A stretch of 64,000 bases of DNA from positions 76,835 to 140,834 of the forward strand of contig CAZLFV010000001.1 in the NCBI GenBank assembly GCA_964558915.1, given 5' to 3'. The translations under genes were made by a program, and so were the position numbers. The notes under the pieces are model-generated. The model saw only the letters and a list, made by a program, of their open reading frames with translations. It did no database searches and was not told the DNA's origin. The stretch comes from an uncultured Eubacteriales bacterium (lineage in GTDB: Bacteria > Acidobacteriota > Aminicenantia > Aminicenantales > UBA8522). Position 1 is the stretch's first letter, and every line of letters starts with the position of its first letter. Of this stretch, positions 50,156-59,998 are shown in pieces.

Positions 50156-50184
50156 TTGACTGGCCAAAAGACAATCAATATAAT
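50156..50184 (+). promoter_or_regulatory. Consensus sigma70 promoter for nuoJ (TTGACT-17-TATAAT)
   Basis: TTGACT at 50156-50161, 17 nt spacer, TATAAT at 50179-50184, 14 nt before the nuoJ ATG. No SD, so near-leaderless. Confidence 0.55.
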
Positions 50185-50198
50185 GAAAAACCCAAAAA

Positions 50199-50696
50199 AT
50201 GGCCGGTTTTCTTTTTTTCCTTTTAGCCATCACATGCGTCGGCTCTGTCCTGGCCATGATCATCTCCAAGAATCAAGCCCACAACGCGCTTTTTCTTGTT
50301 CTCGCTTTCGCCTGTTTGGGCGGCCTCTTCGGGCTCCTTGATGCGCCTTTTGTCGCTGCTGTCCAGATCATCATTTATGCCGGCGCCATCATGGTCCTGT
50401 TCATTTTTGTGGTCATGATGGTCAACCTCCGCCAGGGGATCGCCAGGGAAAAAAAGAAATGGTCGCTGTTTTTTTCAGGCGTTCTGGCAATCGCATTGCT
50501 TGCGGAACTCGTCCTGGCAGTCCGGGGCACGTTCTCCGCTCTGGGCCGGACCGGCGGAGAAAAGGCGGGCGCTCCGGCTGAACTCGGCCGTCTCCTTTTC
50601 ACGGATTACCTCTATCCCTTTGAGATCACGTCCGTTTTGATTATCGCTGCTCTGGTCGGGGCCATCGTCCTGGTGAAGAAGGGGGCCAAGGAATGA
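50199..50696 (+). CDS. nuoJ: NADH-quinone oxidoreductase subunit J
   Basis: Similarity to NuoJ (AAVQIIIYAGAIMVLFIFVVMM), 165 aa, 5 TM. Confidence 0.85.
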   Translation: MAGFLFFLLAITCVGSVLAMIISKNQAHNALFLVLAFACLGGLFGLLDAPFVAAVQIIIYAGAIMVLFIFVVMMVNLRQGIAREKKKWSLFFSGVLAIALLAELVLAVRGTFSALGRTGGEKAGAPAELGRLLFTDYLYPFEITSVLIIAALVGAIVLVKKGAKE

Positions 50697-50995
50697 TCCC
50701 CGTCAGTTATTTCTTTGTCCTCAGCATTGTTCTTTTTGCCCTGGGCACGCTCGCCTTCTTTATCAAAAGAGACTTGATCACGATGTTCATGGCCGTTGAG
50801 GTCATGCTCAATGCTGCGAACCTCGCTTTTATTGCCCTGGCCAAGGCGGCCGGGTCGCTCCATGGCCAGGTAATTGTTTTCTTCATTATCACTGTTGCTG
50901 CCGCAGAGGCCGCTGTCGGGCTGGCTATCATCCTGCTGGTTTTCAGGCAGAAAAAATCGATTAAGACCGAAGACATGCGCTCGATGAAAGGATAA
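50693..50995 (+). CDS. nuoK: NADH-quinone oxidoreductase subunit K
   Basis: 100 aa, 3 TM, FMAVEVMLNAANLAF motif. Confidence 0.85.
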   Translation: MIPVSYFFVLSIVLFALGTLAFFIKRDLITMFMAVEVMLNAANLAFIALAKAAGSLHGQVIVFFIITVAAAEAAVGLAIILLVFRQKKSIKTEDMRSMKG

Positions 50996-50996
50996 G

Positions 50997-52898
50997 ATGA
51001 CCGATTACTTCTGGCTCATTCCGCTTATTCCGGGAGCCAGTGCTCTTGTCCTTGCTGTTTTGGGAAAATGGCTTCCCAGGAAATACGTCTCTTATCAGGC
51101 CTGCCTCTCGGTCTTGGCCTCGTTCGTGATTTCGGTCGTTTCGTTCCTCGGGCTCCTCAAGATCTCTCCCGAAAACCTGCCTCTCGTTAAGACGCTTTTC
51201 GGCTGGATTATTTCCGGCGTTTTCAGCGCCAATCTCTCCTTCCAGCTGGATGCCTTGTCCATGGTTATGGCCCTAGTAGTTACGGGCGTTGGTTTCATAA
51301 TCCATGTCTATTCCGTCGGCTACATGGCTCAGGACAAGGGCTACACGCGATACTTCACCTACTTGAACCTCTTCACTTTTGCGATGCTCATCCTGGTCAT
51401 GGCGTCAAATATGGTTCTGATGTTCGTTGGCTGGGAGGGAGTCGGGCTGTGTTCTTATCTTCTGATCGGGTTCTGGTTTGAGAGAGATTCAGCTGCCAGC
51501 GCCGGGAAAAAAGCGTTCATCGTCAACCGCATCGGCGATGCGGCCTTTATTCTCGGGATCTTTTTCATCCTCATCAACCTGGGAAGCGGCGAGTTCCGGG
51601 CCATCAACGAGGCGATTGGAGGAGGCCATGTTTCTCAAGGCCTAGGCACCCTGATCGCCCTGCTTTTGTTTGTCGGTGCGACCGGAAAATCGGCTCAAAT
51701 TCCGCTTTATATTTGGCTTCCGGATGCCATGGAAGGCCCGACGCCGGTGAGCGCCCTCATCCATGCCGCGACAATGGTCACGGCCGGGGTGTACATGGTT
51801 TCGCGGATGAACCTGATTTTCACTTTGTCCGGAGTGGCTGCTCAGGTCGTAGCGCTCGTGGGAGCCCTGACAGCCATTTATGCGGCGACAATGGCTCTGA
51901 CCCAGAACGACATCAAACGGGTCCTGGCGTATTCGACCATTTCCCAGATCGGCTATATGTTCATCGGCTGCGGCGTGGGAGCTTATTCGGCCGGCATGTT
52001 TCATCTCTATACGCACGCCTTTTTTAAAAGCCTGCTTTTTTTGGCGGCCGGAAGCGTCATGCACGCCCTCTCCGGCGAGCTCGATATGAGGAAGATGGGA
52101 GGGCTCAAGAAATATCTCCCGCTCACCTACCCGACTTTTCTTATCGGAGCGGTAGCCATCGCCGGCGTTCCGTTTTTGTCCGGATTCTTCTCCAAGGATG
52201 CGATCCTGACGCATGCCTTCGCCCAGCGCCAGTATTTCATCTGGGCCCTGGGAATCATGGGCGCCGTGCTGACAGCTTTTTATATGTTCCGCCTAATTTT
52301 CCTGACTTTCTTTGGCCCGGAACGCCTGGAGGCCCAGGCCAGAGCCCATCTTCATGAATCGCCGCGGGTCATGACTGTGCCTCTCGTCATCCTGGCGTTT
52401 TTTTCTATTGTAGCCGGATACGTGGGGCTTCCCGTTGTCTTCGGCGAAAAAGCCAACCTGTTCACTCGATTCCTGGAGCCGGTGATCAAGCCGGGCCGAG
52501 AGGCCGTGTTGACCATGAGCACCGAATGGCTGCTCGTCTTGATCTCCGTGGCTGTGGCTCTATGCGGGATTTATGTCGCATACATTTTCTATCTGAAATC
52601 ACCCCAGGTGCCGCATCGTTTGGTCTCCCGTTTTCCCTGGGTTTATAAGCTCCTGTACAACAAATATTATGTCGATGAAATCTACAATGCCGTATTCGCT
52701 AACCCCACGGTCAAAGGGTCAGAAGCTGTCTATGACAATTTCGACCTCAAAGTCATTGACGGGACGATAAACGGGACGGCGGCGGCGACAGGGTTAGCGG
52801 GCAAAGTCCTGAGCCTCTTCCAGACCGGATTGGTTAAAGATTACGCTCTGGCCCTTGTGCTGGGCGTTGTTTTATTTTTAGGATACCTGCTTCTTTAG
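50997..52898 (+). CDS. nuoL: NADH-quinone oxidoreductase subunit L
   Basis: 633 aa antiporter-like subunit (WEGVGLCSYLLIGFW, HAFFKSLLFL). Confidence 0.9.
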   Translation: MTDYFWLIPLIPGASALVLAVLGKWLPRKYVSYQACLSVLASFVISVVSFLGLLKISPENLPLVKTLFGWIISGVFSANLSFQLDALSMVMALVVTGVGFIIHVYSVGYMAQDKGYTRYFTYLNLFTFAMLILVMASNMVLMFVGWEGVGLCSYLLIGFWFERDSAASAGKKAFIVNRIGDAAFILGIFFILINLGSGEFRAINEAIGGGHVSQGLGTLIALLLFVGATGKSAQIPLYIWLPDAMEGPTPVSALIHAATMVTAGVYMVSRMNLIFTLSGVAAQVVALVGALTAIYAATMALTQNDIKRVLAYSTISQIGYMFIGCGVGAYSAGMFHLYTHAFFKSLLFLAAGSVMHALSGELDMRKMGGLKKYLPLTYPTFLIGAVAIAGVPFLSGFFSKDAILTHAFAQRQYFIWALGIMGAVLTAFYMFRLIFLTFFGPERLEAQARAHLHESPRVMTVPLVILAFFSIVAGYVGLPVVFGEKANLFTRFLEPVIKPGREAVLTMSTEWLLVLISVAVALCGIYVAYIFYLKSPQVPHRLVSRFPWVYKLLYNKYYVDEIYNAVFANPTVKGSEAVYDNFDLKVIDGTINGTAAATGLAGKVLSLFQTGLVKDYALALVLGVVLFLGYLLL

Positions 52899-52901
52899 AA
52901 A

Positions 52902-54479
52902 ATGAGCTTTCCGATTCTCAGCGTTGTGACCTTTTTGCCGCTCCTCGGAGCCATCCTGCTCATTTTCATCCCCGCTCAAAAGAAAGATTTCCAGCGCGGG
53001 TTTGCTCTCGCCTTCACGCTCGCCGCATTTTTTGTTTCGCTAGCTCTCTATTTTCAGTTTGACTCGACGACAGCGGAGCCACAGTTTGTGGAGAAGGCGG
53101 CTTGGCTCGGCTACGGCATCAATTATCATCTGGGAATAGACGGCATCAGCCTGCTCCTCGTCCTGCTGACGACATTCCTTTTTCCGATCGCCGTGCTCTC
53201 TTCCTGGACTTCCATCCAGAAGCGGGTCAAAGAGTATCTCCTCTTTATGCTTTTTTTAGAAGCCGGAATCCTGGGCGTTTTTGTCTCCCTCAACCTTTTC
53301 CTCTTCTATGTGTTCTGGGAGGCGATGCTCATTCCGATGTATTTCCTGATCGGTGTTTGGGGCGGGCCGAGGCGCGTCTACGCCACGCTCAAGTTCGTCT
53401 TGATGACCATGTTTGGAAGCCTCCTTATGCTCGTGTCCATATTTGTCCTTTATTCTTTTTATTACAGAGCAACGGGCGTTTATTCCTTTAATATTTTTGA
53501 TTACTACCAGCTCATCCTCAATCCCCAGGTCCAGAGCTGGCTCTTCTTGGGGTTTGGCCTGGCCTTCGCCATCAAGGTGCCGATGTTTCCTTTCCATACG
53601 TGGCTGCCCGACGCTCACGTGGAAGCTCCGACCGCAGGATCTGTGATCCTGGCAGCCGTTCTGCTGAAAATGGGGACATACGGATTCCTCAGGTTCGCCC
53701 TGCCGCTCTTTCCCGATGCGCTGGTGAAGTTTTTGCCCCTTCTGGCTGTTCTCAGCATTATCGGAATCATTTACGGCGGGCTGATGGCCCTGATCCAGAA
53801 AGACATCAAGTCTCTGGTGGCGTATTCGAGCGTCAGCCACATGGGGCTCATCATGCTGGCCGTGTTTTCTCTCAACCTGGAGGGAATCGAGGGCGCTATC
53901 TACCAGATGCTGAATCATGGGCTCAGCACGGGCGCCCTGTTCTTGATCGTCGGCGTCCTTTATGAACGGTCCCACACCCGGCTGATCAAAGACTTCGGCG
54001 GCGTGGCCGGCCAGATGCCCGTTTTAACCGCCTTCTTCCTCGTCTCGATGCTCTCGTCAGTCGGTCTCCCCGGCTTGAACGGGTTTGTCGGCGAGATCCT
54101 CTGCCTTTTCGGCGTTTTTCAGAGCCAAAAAATTTACGCTTATTTGGCCATAACGACGGTGATTCTGGCCGCGGCTTATTTGCTATGGATGTATCAGAGG
54201 GTAATGCATGGCCCGGTCAAAAACGAGAAAATCCTGTCCTTTAAAGATATGAACGGTCGGGAGATCGCCTATTTTGTGCCCATCATCATCATGATGTTCT
54301 GGATGGGCGTGTATCCGCAATCCTTTTTAAGAAAGATGGACAGCTCTGTCAGCCACCTGCTCACCAGGGTTCGCAACCGGGAAAAAGTGTTTGTCCGGGA
54401 AGTCGAAAAATCGGTTCTTCCATGGGAACAGATTGCCCTGAAGAAAACGGCTGCCGAGGAGAAACAAGGTGATGAGTAA
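52902..54479 (+). CDS. nuoM: NADH-quinone oxidoreductase subunit M
   Basis: 525 aa antiporter-like subunit (FHTWLPDAHVEAPTAGSV). Confidence 0.9.
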   Translation: MSFPILSVVTFLPLLGAILLIFIPAQKKDFQRGFALAFTLAAFFVSLALYFQFDSTTAEPQFVEKAAWLGYGINYHLGIDGISLLLVLLTTFLFPIAVLSSWTSIQKRVKEYLLFMLFLEAGILGVFVSLNLFLFYVFWEAMLIPMYFLIGVWGGPRRVYATLKFVLMTMFGSLLMLVSIFVLYSFYYRATGVYSFNIFDYYQLILNPQVQSWLFLGFGLAFAIKVPMFPFHTWLPDAHVEAPTAGSVILAAVLLKMGTYGFLRFALPLFPDALVKFLPLLAVLSIIGIIYGGLMALIQKDIKSLVAYSSVSHMGLIMLAVFSLNLEGIEGAIYQMLNHGLSTGALFLIVGVLYERSHTRLIKDFGGVAGQMPVLTAFFLVSMLSSVGLPGLNGFVGEILCLFGVFQSQKIYAYLAITTVILAAAYLLWMYQRVMHGPVKNEKILSFKDMNGREIAYFVPIIIMMFWMGVYPQSFLRKMDSSVSHLLTRVRNREKVFVREVEKSVLPWEQIALKKTAAEEKQGDE

Positions 54480-55914
54480 CATCGCCGCTCTCTTCCCACT
54501 AATCATCGTTGTAGCCGGAGCCCTTCTCGTCCTTGTTCTTGAAGTCTTCCTGAAGAAAGAAAACCGGAACTATCTTGGGTACATTTCCATGCTTTTTCTT
54601 ATCGCCTGCGGATTCTTGTGCGTCCGTTATTGGGACAAGGATTACTCCTATTTTGGACAGGCTCTCTTTCTCGATAACCTGGCACTTTTCCTGACGCTCC
54701 TTTTTTGTGTTGCCGTCGCTTTTGTTATTCTGCTCTGTCTGAAATACATCTCCTCGCAGGATGCCAACCACGGAGAGATTTTCGCCCTTCTTCTTCTCGC
54801 CCTCTCCGGCATGATGATCATGACCTCTTCTTCCGACCTTTTGGTCATTTTTCTGGGATTAGAGGTCCTCTCGATTTCTTGTTATGCCCTGGCTGGGCTG
54901 AGAAGGAAGGACGAGAAGTCAGGAGAAGCGGCGCTCAAATATTTCCTCCTCGGAAGCTTTGCCAGCGCTTTTCTCGTCCTCGGGCTTGCTTTTCTCTACG
55001 GAGCCTCCGAATCTCTATGGATTCCAGCCGTAATCGATCATTTCAGCGCGGGGGCGGGCTCGGAGGCAGGTTTTTTATTGGTTGCCGGCCTGGGCTTGGT
55101 CCTGGTCGGGTTTGGATTCAAGATCGCCCTCGTCCCCTTCCATATGTGGACGCCGGACGTCTATGAAGGCGCTCCGACTCCTGTAACTGCGTTCTTTTCG
55201 ATGGGCCCCAAAGCCGCGGGATTTGCCGTCCTGCTGAGGATATTCCTCAATTTCTGGCGAGCCTCCGGAGAAACGAGCCCGGTCTTCTGGGTTCTCTGGG
55301 TGATCAGCGTCCTGACCATGGTCATCGCAAACCTGGTTGCCCTCAGGCAGACCAACGTGAAGCGAATCCTCGCTTATTCTTCGATCGCCCACGCCGGATA
55401 TATTTTGATGGCCATCCTGGCCAGCGATAACGCCAGCCTCGTCTTCTATTTCACGGCCTATCTTTTTATGAACATCGGGGCTTTTGCCGCCGTTATCGGA
55501 CTGAGCAAAAAAGGGAAAGAGTACCTCGAGCTCGAGGATTTTGCGGGAATCGGGTTCAAGTATCCGTGGATCGGCGCAACTTTTGCTGTCTTCCTCTTTT
55601 CTTTGGCCGGGTTCCCTCCTACAGCCGGTTTCCTGGCCAAGTTCTATGTTTTCAGCGCCGCCGTGAGAGCAGACCTGGTGCCTTTGGTTATCGTCGGCGT
55701 GCTCGCCAGCCTCGTCTCCGTTTTTTACTATCTGAGGATCATAGTTTATATGTATATGAGAGATCCCTCCGGCGAAGTCGATATTGATATCGAAAACCCG
55801 GCCCTTTTCCTTGTCCTCTTCCTTTGTCTCTACGGCGTGCTCCAGCTCGGCATTTTCCCGGGCAATATTCTGGTCCTCATCAAACAGGCGGTCGCCTCCC
55901 TCCCCGGATTTTAA
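54472..55914 (+). CDS. nuoN: NADH-quinone oxidoreductase subunit N
   Basis: 481 aa (FHMWTPDVYEGAPTPV). The ATG at 54472 overlaps the nuoM end. Confidence 0.85.
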   Translation: MSNIAALFPLIIVVAGALLVLVLEVFLKKENRNYLGYISMLFLIACGFLCVRYWDKDYSYFGQALFLDNLALFLTLLFCVAVAFVILLCLKYISSQDANHGEIFALLLLALSGMMIMTSSSDLLVIFLGLEVLSISCYALAGLRRKDEKSGEAALKYFLLGSFASAFLVLGLAFLYGASESLWIPAVIDHFSAGAGSEAGFLLVAGLGLVLVGFGFKIALVPFHMWTPDVYEGAPTPVTAFFSMGPKAAGFAVLLRIFLNFWRASGETSPVFWVLWVISVLTMVIANLVALRQTNVKRILAYSSIAHAGYILMAILASDNASLVFYFTAYLFMNIGAFAAVIGLSKKGKEYLELEDFAGIGFKYPWIGATFAVFLFSLAGFPPTAGFLAKFYVFSAAVRADLVPLVIVGVLASLVSVFYYLRIIVYMYMRDPSGEVDIDIENPALFLVLFLCLYGVLQLGIFPGNILVLIKQAVASLPGF

Positions 55915-55925
55915 GCAAAAATAGC

Positions 55926-55945
55926 ACTATTTCTATCGAAATAGT
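55926..55945. terminator. AT-rich hairpin (ACTATTTC-tatc-GAAATAGT) 12 nt after the nuoN stop
   Basis: Perfect 8-bp inverted repeat with a 4-nt loop. Flanked by A/T-rich sequence, so possibly a bidirectional terminator. Confidence 0.35.
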
Positions 55946-55974
55946 ATATAAAAATCTAAAATTGCCTCAGGAAA

Positions 55975-56426
55975 TTGCCTTTGCGGGCGAACCGTTTCAA
56001 TCCTAGACATACCGTCTCTGTCGCGATGATCCCGTTATCATTGGATGGCTCGGGCAGCGTTGGCCGGCCAATTGAGTTTAACGGGATTACCTTCCCGGCC
56101 GGCACGCCTCTGGAGACTTTTTATCGTTTCAATTCCTACCGCTTGACCTATCGTTATGGCATTAAGAGCAGCGGCAAGTTGAGACTCGGGCTGGGTTTGA
56201 CTGCCTTTGTCCGGGACGCGGCGATTCGTTTAACGGGGGGCGGGCTGGATTCGGAAAATGCCAATGTCGGGCCGAAGATGTCCTCCTGGCTCTCGTCTAC
56301 CAGAAAAGCGACAGAATCGCCTTTAAGGCAGGCTACAGACTCCTCGAGGGAGGCGCTGACAACGAGGAAGTCTACAATTTTGCGCTCTTCAATTTTCTTG
56401 CGGTGGGCGTAATTTTGTATTTTTGA
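55975..56426 (+). pseudogene. Frameshifted, signal-less remnant of an outer-membrane beta-barrel-like protein
   Basis: Frame A (55975..) has alternating beta-strand-like segments (YRFNSYRLTYRYG, LRLGLGLTAFV). A second frame continues ...LVYQKSDRIAFKAGYRLLEGGADNEEVYNFALFNFLAVGVILYF* and ends in a C-terminal Phe. The frames switch near 56270-56290. There is no signal peptide. Confidence 0.35.
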
Positions 56427-56486
56427 TAAGAAATCTTTCTGACGGGCGCCTGGCGGGACCTGAACAGCGAGGCTATAGCTTAGGGC

Positions 56487-56869
56487 GGTTGGAGCGGGCC
56501 GTAAGCCGAATTCTGTCTCCCGCTTGCGCGGGCAGCGGTTATTTGTCTCCCCTTTTGATTGCTCAAAAGGTCGAGCGACCGACCCACCCCGTGGGACGGG
56601 CCATCCCAGAATGGGGCTCGTTTGGTCTTGCTCCGGATGGGGTTTGCCAAGCTCCTGATGTCGCCATCAAGACGGTGAGCTCTTGCCTCGCCTTTTCACC
56701 CTTGCCAAGAGAGAGTCTCCCCTCCCCTTCGGCGGTGTGTTTTCTGTGGCACTTTCCTCCGATCGCTCGGAGTCGCTGTTAGCGACCATCCTGCCCTGTG
56801 GAGTTCGGACTTTCCTCCCCGTTCTTCTCCACCGGAGAAGACGGAGCAACCGCCTCGCCCACTCCAACC
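56487..56869 (-). ncRNA. rnpB: RNase P RNA (bacterial type A)
   Basis: Minus strand contains the universally conserved P4 sequence GGGAGGAAAGUCCGAACUCCACAGGGCAGG. GGGUGAAAAGGCGAGGCAAGAGCUCACC and CAUCCGGAGCAAGACCAAA match E. coli M1 RNA segments. A 13-bp P1 stem (GGUUGGAGUGGGC / GCCCGCUCCAACC) defines the ends. A P3 hairpin is present. TGgTATAAA extended -10 lies 6 nt upstream. Confidence 0.9.
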
Positions 56870-56908
56870 AATATCTTTATACCATAATCGGCTGATTATT
56901 TATATAGC

Positions 56909-58309
56909 CTAATTTTTTGCGTCCCCTTCGCCCACTCCCATTTTGATCTTTATTCCGTACTGAGCCAGTTTCTTGTACAAGTTGCTGCGCGGGGTGTCAA
57001 TTTCCCTCGCTGTCTGGGAAATATTCCAATTGTTCTTCTCCAGCTTGGCCAAGATGAAGTCCTTCTCTGCCAGCTCCCGGAAATCCTTAAGGGTTTTGAT
57101 TTTGGCGCTATCAGGAAGGTCGGTTTTTATTTCTCCCCTAACCGGGCTGGGGAGGTGCTTTTTTTCGATGATTTCCGCATCGGTCATGATTATCAGGCGC
57201 TCGACCACATTTTTGAGCTCCCGGACGTTTCCATTCCAGGGATATGTCATCATCGCTTGGAGAGCGTCTTCAGAAAATTTTTTCGGTCTAAAGTTGTTTT
57301 CCTCGGCGAAGTTACGGCTGAGATACTCGACAAGGAGCGGGATATCCTCTTTCTTATCCCGGAGTGGCGGGGAATAGACTGGGACAACGTTCAGCCGGAA
57401 GAAAAGGTCGTCGCGGAACTTTCCCTGGCTAATCTCCTGCTTGAGGTCTTTGTTTGTCGCCGCGATCACCCGGACATCGACCCTGCTAATCTTGTTCGAG
57501 CCGACTCTCTGAACCTCTCCTTCCTCGAGGACGCGAAGTACCTTGGATTGTGTTTTCAGGCTCATGTCGCCGACCTCATCCAAAAAAATTGTCCCTCCAT
57601 CGGCCTGTTCGAATTTGCCGGACTTTCGCTCCGTGGCGCCGGTGAAGGCGCCTTTTTCATGGCCGAACAGCTCGCTCTCGATCAGCTCTTCCGGAATCGC
57701 TGCGCAATTAACCTGGACAAACGGCTCTTTCGCTCTGAGGCTGTGGCTATGGATGGCCCTGGCGATGAGCTCCTTTCCCGTGCCGCTTTCCCCGTAGATG
57801 AGCACCGTGGCGTTGGTCGGTGCCGTTTTGAGAATCTCTTTCCAGAGCTGCTTCATAGAGGGATGGTTGCCGACGAGCTCATACTTTTTCTCTGCTTTTT
57901 TGCGCAGGTCCTGGCACTCCTGCCTCAGGATGTTCTGGTTGAGGGCGTTGCGGATGCTTAGCAGGACCCGGTCCCTGTGGAGAGGTTTCTCCAGGAACTC
58001 GAAGGCGCCCAGCTTTGTGGCTTCGACCGCCGCTTGGATTGTCCCCTGCCCCGAGATCATGATCACTTCCGGGGAATAGGGACGCTTCTTCAGCTGGGCC
58101 AGGACCTCCAACCCGTCTTGGTCCGGCATTTTGATGTCCAAAAGGACAAGGTCTAGGTCGATCGTTTCCTCAATCAGGGCAATAGCCTCAGGGCCTGAAG
58201 ACGCTTCCAGGAACTGGTAACCTTCGTATTCCAGGATCATTTTGAGGGACTTGCGGATGTTTTCTTCATCATCCACAACGAGAATTTTAGCTTTATGATG
58301 GCTTTTCAT
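56909..58309 (-). CDS. Sigma-54-dependent response regulator (NtrC family: REC + AAA+ + Fis-type HTH)
   Basis: [12 protein letters not shown] receiver, [15 protein letters not shown] Walker A, GAFTGA sigma-54 contact motif, C-terminal HTH. Confidence 0.85.
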   Translation of the reverse strand: MKSHHKAKILVVDDEENIRKSLKMILEYEGYQFLEASSGPEAIALIEETIDLDLVLLDIKMPDQDGLEVLAQLKKRPYSPEVIMISGQGTIQAAVEATKLGAFEFLEKPLHRDRVLLSIRNALNQNILRQECQDLRKKAEKKYELVGNHPSMKQLWKEILKTAPTNATVLIYGESGTGKELIARAIHSHSLRAKEPFVQVNCAAIPEELIESELFGHEKGAFTGATERKSGKFEQADGGTIFLDEVGDMSLKTQSKVLRVLEEGEVQRVGSNKISRVDVRVIAATNKDLKQEISQGKFRDDLFFRLNVVPVYSPPLRDKKEDIPLLVEYLSRNFAEENNFRPKKFSEDALQAMMTYPWNGNVRELKNVVERLIIMTDAEIIEKKHLPSPVRGEIKTDLPDSAKIKTLKDFRELAEKDFILAKLEKNNWNISQTAREIDTPRSNLYKKLAQYGIKIKMGVGEGDAKN

Positions 58310-58636
58310 GACGGCCTCTGCGGAGCAATTCTATCACAGACTATTCGTTCCCGCCAGAGCAACAAAAAGAACCCTAATGACAGGATAAAAGGACTCTTTC
58401 TACAGGATAATGTATAATTCAAATAAGAGACCGCTCAGGAAGAAATTGATGATCACTGCCCGGCCGGAAAATAAACGACAAACAAAAGCCCGCTTGGACG
58501 TTATCATCTCTCCTGCTTATGAGGAACCAGGATAAAGTAAAATAGAAAAAACGCAAAGAAAATGTAAACGCCGACTTGAAGCGACCCTTGAAAACCCCTA
58601 TCATGGAAGACGGTCGGTCGTGAGGAGCATGAGCTG

Positions 58637-59995
58637 ATGAAAACGCAGTCCAGTCTTTTCCTTCTTTTCCTCGGCTTTGTGATGTTAGGAAACAGTGCGC
58701 TCTATCCGGAGGAAGACAGCACCACTTTCAGACTCTCCAACGGACTGAGAGTCTGTCTCGTGGAAAAGAACAACGTTCCTTTGTGGAATGCCGTCGTGGG
58801 CGTCAACCTGGGCTCGAAGGATGAGACAGCGGAGACAAGCGGCCTGACTCATATTTTAGAGCACTATATACTTTTCCGCGGAACAGAGCTCCGCTCAGGG
58901 ACGGAGGTCAGCCGCGATATCAGGCGCCACGGCGCTTATTTCAATGCGCACACGGGCGAAGACCTGTCTCTATTCGAGATTTCAGTGCCCGCCGAGAAGG
59001 CTGCCTTCGCCCTCCGCAACCAAAAAGAAATCCTCTTCAATTTGAAGCTTGACCAAGCCGCCCTTGACCAGGAAAAGGAGGTCATCCTTGAGGAGATCAG
59101 TCATTGGGAAGACAAACCCCAAAGATACGCCTTAGCCCTGCTTTATCAGAATCTTTTTAAAGGACATCCCTACGAGAACCCTATCTTTGGAACGAAGGAG
59201 GTGATCCAGGGCATCACCGTGGAAAAAGTGGAGCAATTCTACAGGCGCTTTTTTACCCCTTCCAACTGTTCGCTGGCTGTTGTCGGTGATTTTGACCTGA
59301 ACGAGATGGAGGAACAAGTCAGAACTGTTTTTGGAGAGGTCACAGGCGATCCCATGAAAAAGCCGACCTACACAGCGGCCAAGCCCCTTGAAAAAAGCGT
59401 GGACATCGCCGTGGAAATGGATGTCAACAAGGCTTACCTGGTCATCGGCGCTCTTGCACCTGACCACAGCAATCCTGATCAGTATCCGGTCGAGGTGCTT
59501 ACTGAAATCTTGGGACGGAGCATCAACCCGATGCTTTATTCCGCGCTCAGCGGAGACCGCAGGCTGGTCGAAACCGTCAACATGGCTTATTACGTCCACA
59601 AGTATGGAGGCGCGGCTGTCATCTATCTCACTCTGGATCCGAAGAATATCGGGGCGGCCAAGCGTGAGGCCATCAGTTTTCTGCGGAAGGCAAAAAATCA
59701 GAACTTTTCGCCTGAAGATATTTACGGTGAAGAAAAGCTCAGGGCCTTTGATTTTTTGGGAGGAGCTAAAAATCAGATCCGCGGCAACGCTTATCGGTCC
59801 CAGGAAACAGGCCTGCTTGTCGCCAGCTCCCTGGCCAGTTTTATGCTCTTGACCGACGGGCCGATGGACACTCCCTACTTGGAGAGTATCGACAAAGTGA
59901 GTTCTACCGACCTCAGAGAGGCGGCCGGAAAATATTTTAGTAGAAGCGAGTATGTTTTTATCTCGATTATCCCGAAGAAAAAAAGCCAATCATAG
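58637..59995 (+). CDS. Secreted M16 family zinc peptidase (catalytic subunit)
   Basis: Signal peptide. Intact inverted-zincin motif GLTHILEHYILFRGT (HxxEH). Confidence 0.8.
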   Translation: MKTQSSLFLLFLGFVMLGNSALYPEEDSTTFRLSNGLRVCLVEKNNVPLWNAVVGVNLGSKDETAETSGLTHILEHYILFRGTELRSGTEVSRDIRRHGAYFNAHTGEDLSLFEISVPAEKAAFALRNQKEILFNLKLDQAALDQEKEVILEEISHWEDKPQRYALALLYQNLFKGHPYENPIFGTKEVIQGITVEKVEQFYRRFFTPSNCSLAVVGDFDLNEMEEQVRTVFGEVTGDPMKKPTYTAAKPLEKSVDIAVEMDVNKAYLVIGALAPDHSNPDQYPVEVLTEILGRSINPMLYSALSGDRRLVETVNMAYYVHKYGGAAVIYLTLDPKNIGAAKREAISFLRKAKNQNFSPEDIYGEEKLRAFDFLGGAKNQIRGNAYRSQETGLLVASSLASFMLLTDGPMDTPYLESIDKVSSTDLREAAGKYFSRSEYVFISIIPKKKSQS

Positions 59996-59998
59996 CGG

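Noticed and set aside
56423-56895. ORF-track ORFs 56423..56782(+), 56683..56895(+), 56667..56867(-)
   Set aside because: They overlap the RNase P RNA gene. There are no RBSs, the composition is odd, and the region is explained by the ncRNA.
58310-58636. Sigma-54 (-24 GG / -12 GC) promoter between the NtrC-type regulator and the M16 operon
   Set aside because: No TGGCAC-N5-TTGC-like element with correct GG-N10-GC spacing was found. There is only a 6-codon uORF-like ATG and an SD for the M16 gene.
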